From an uncultured delta proteobacterium (lineage in GTDB: Bacteria > Desulfobacterota > Desulfobacteria > Desulfobacterales > UBA2156), in contig CAVTQK010000015.1 in the NCBI GenBank assembly GCA_963736855.1, positions 160,001 to 224,000 of the forward strand: a DNA stretch of 64,000 nt, in the 5' to 3' direction. Of the stretch, positions 63,737 through 64,000 are shown piece by piece. A program made the position numbers and the translations under genes. The notes beneath the pieces were generated by a model, which was not told where the DNA came from, made no database searches, and saw only the letters and a program-made list of their open reading frames with translations. How positions within the stretch are numbered: position 1 is the first letter of the stretch; each line of letters opens with the position of its first letter.

Positions 63737-64000
63737 ATGAAGAAAATATCGATGGTGTGTGTTTTTTTTATGCTCCTTTCGGCTTTTTCATGTGCTCCGG
63801 GAAATCGGGGCGGAGAGACTGTGGGTATCCTGACGGGGATCCTGGTGGGTGCAATCCTTGGGCACCAGGTAGGAGGAGATAGCACAGCGAGAGCCGTGGG
63901 TGCGGGGGTGGGAATGGTGGTTGGAGGCTTGGTCGGATCGCAGCTCGGCAGGATGTACGACAAACTGAATGAAGAGGAACAGCGGGTTCACTCTTCCATC
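63737..64000 (+). CDS. Glycine-zipper lipoprotein, runs off the right edge
   Basis: Not in the ORF track. MKKISMVCVFFMLLSAFSC lipobox, then GILTGILVGAILGHQVGG...GAGVGMVVGGLVGSQLG. Confidence 0.8.
   Translation, partial: MKKISMVCVFFMLLSAFSCAPGNRGGETVGILTGILVGAILGHQVGGDSTARAVGAGVGMVVGGLVGSQLGRMYDKLNEEEQRVHSSI

Overview
Chromosomal segment of an anaerobic Gram-negative bacterium, most consistent with Desulfobacterota/Deltaproteobacteria (inferred from gene content and order). Left third (about 3.7-26 kb) is core translation/RNA metabolism: infC-rpmI-rplT-pheST, tRNA-Gly(CCC), rimP-nusA-infB-rbfA-nrnA-truB-rpsO-pnp, dut, rnc, dksA. A roughly 17.4 kb block bounded by two outward-facing IS3-family left-end remnants carries a TRAP transporter, pyruvate:ferredoxin oxidoreductase, a TetR/RND efflux system with a frameshifted outer-membrane factor, and Rrf2-cydAB. 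The right part holds fumarate hydratase, a stand-alone 116-aa NrdD-type glycyl-radical/Zn-ribbon protein preceded by tandem NrdR-like boxes, rdgB, GTP-PEPCK, and a tightly packed 8-gene operon. That operon joins CooC/AcsF and a RACo/ASKHA activator to a Zn-dependent deacetylase, AcuB, a PrmA-like methyltransferase and a sirtuin. Five intergenic 133-189 bp MITE-like elements share about 17-bp terminal inverted repeats (four with 4-7 bp target duplications) but carry three different structured cargos. No CRISPR array, rRNA or intact transposase was seen. All calls come from reading motifs by eye; no database search was run.
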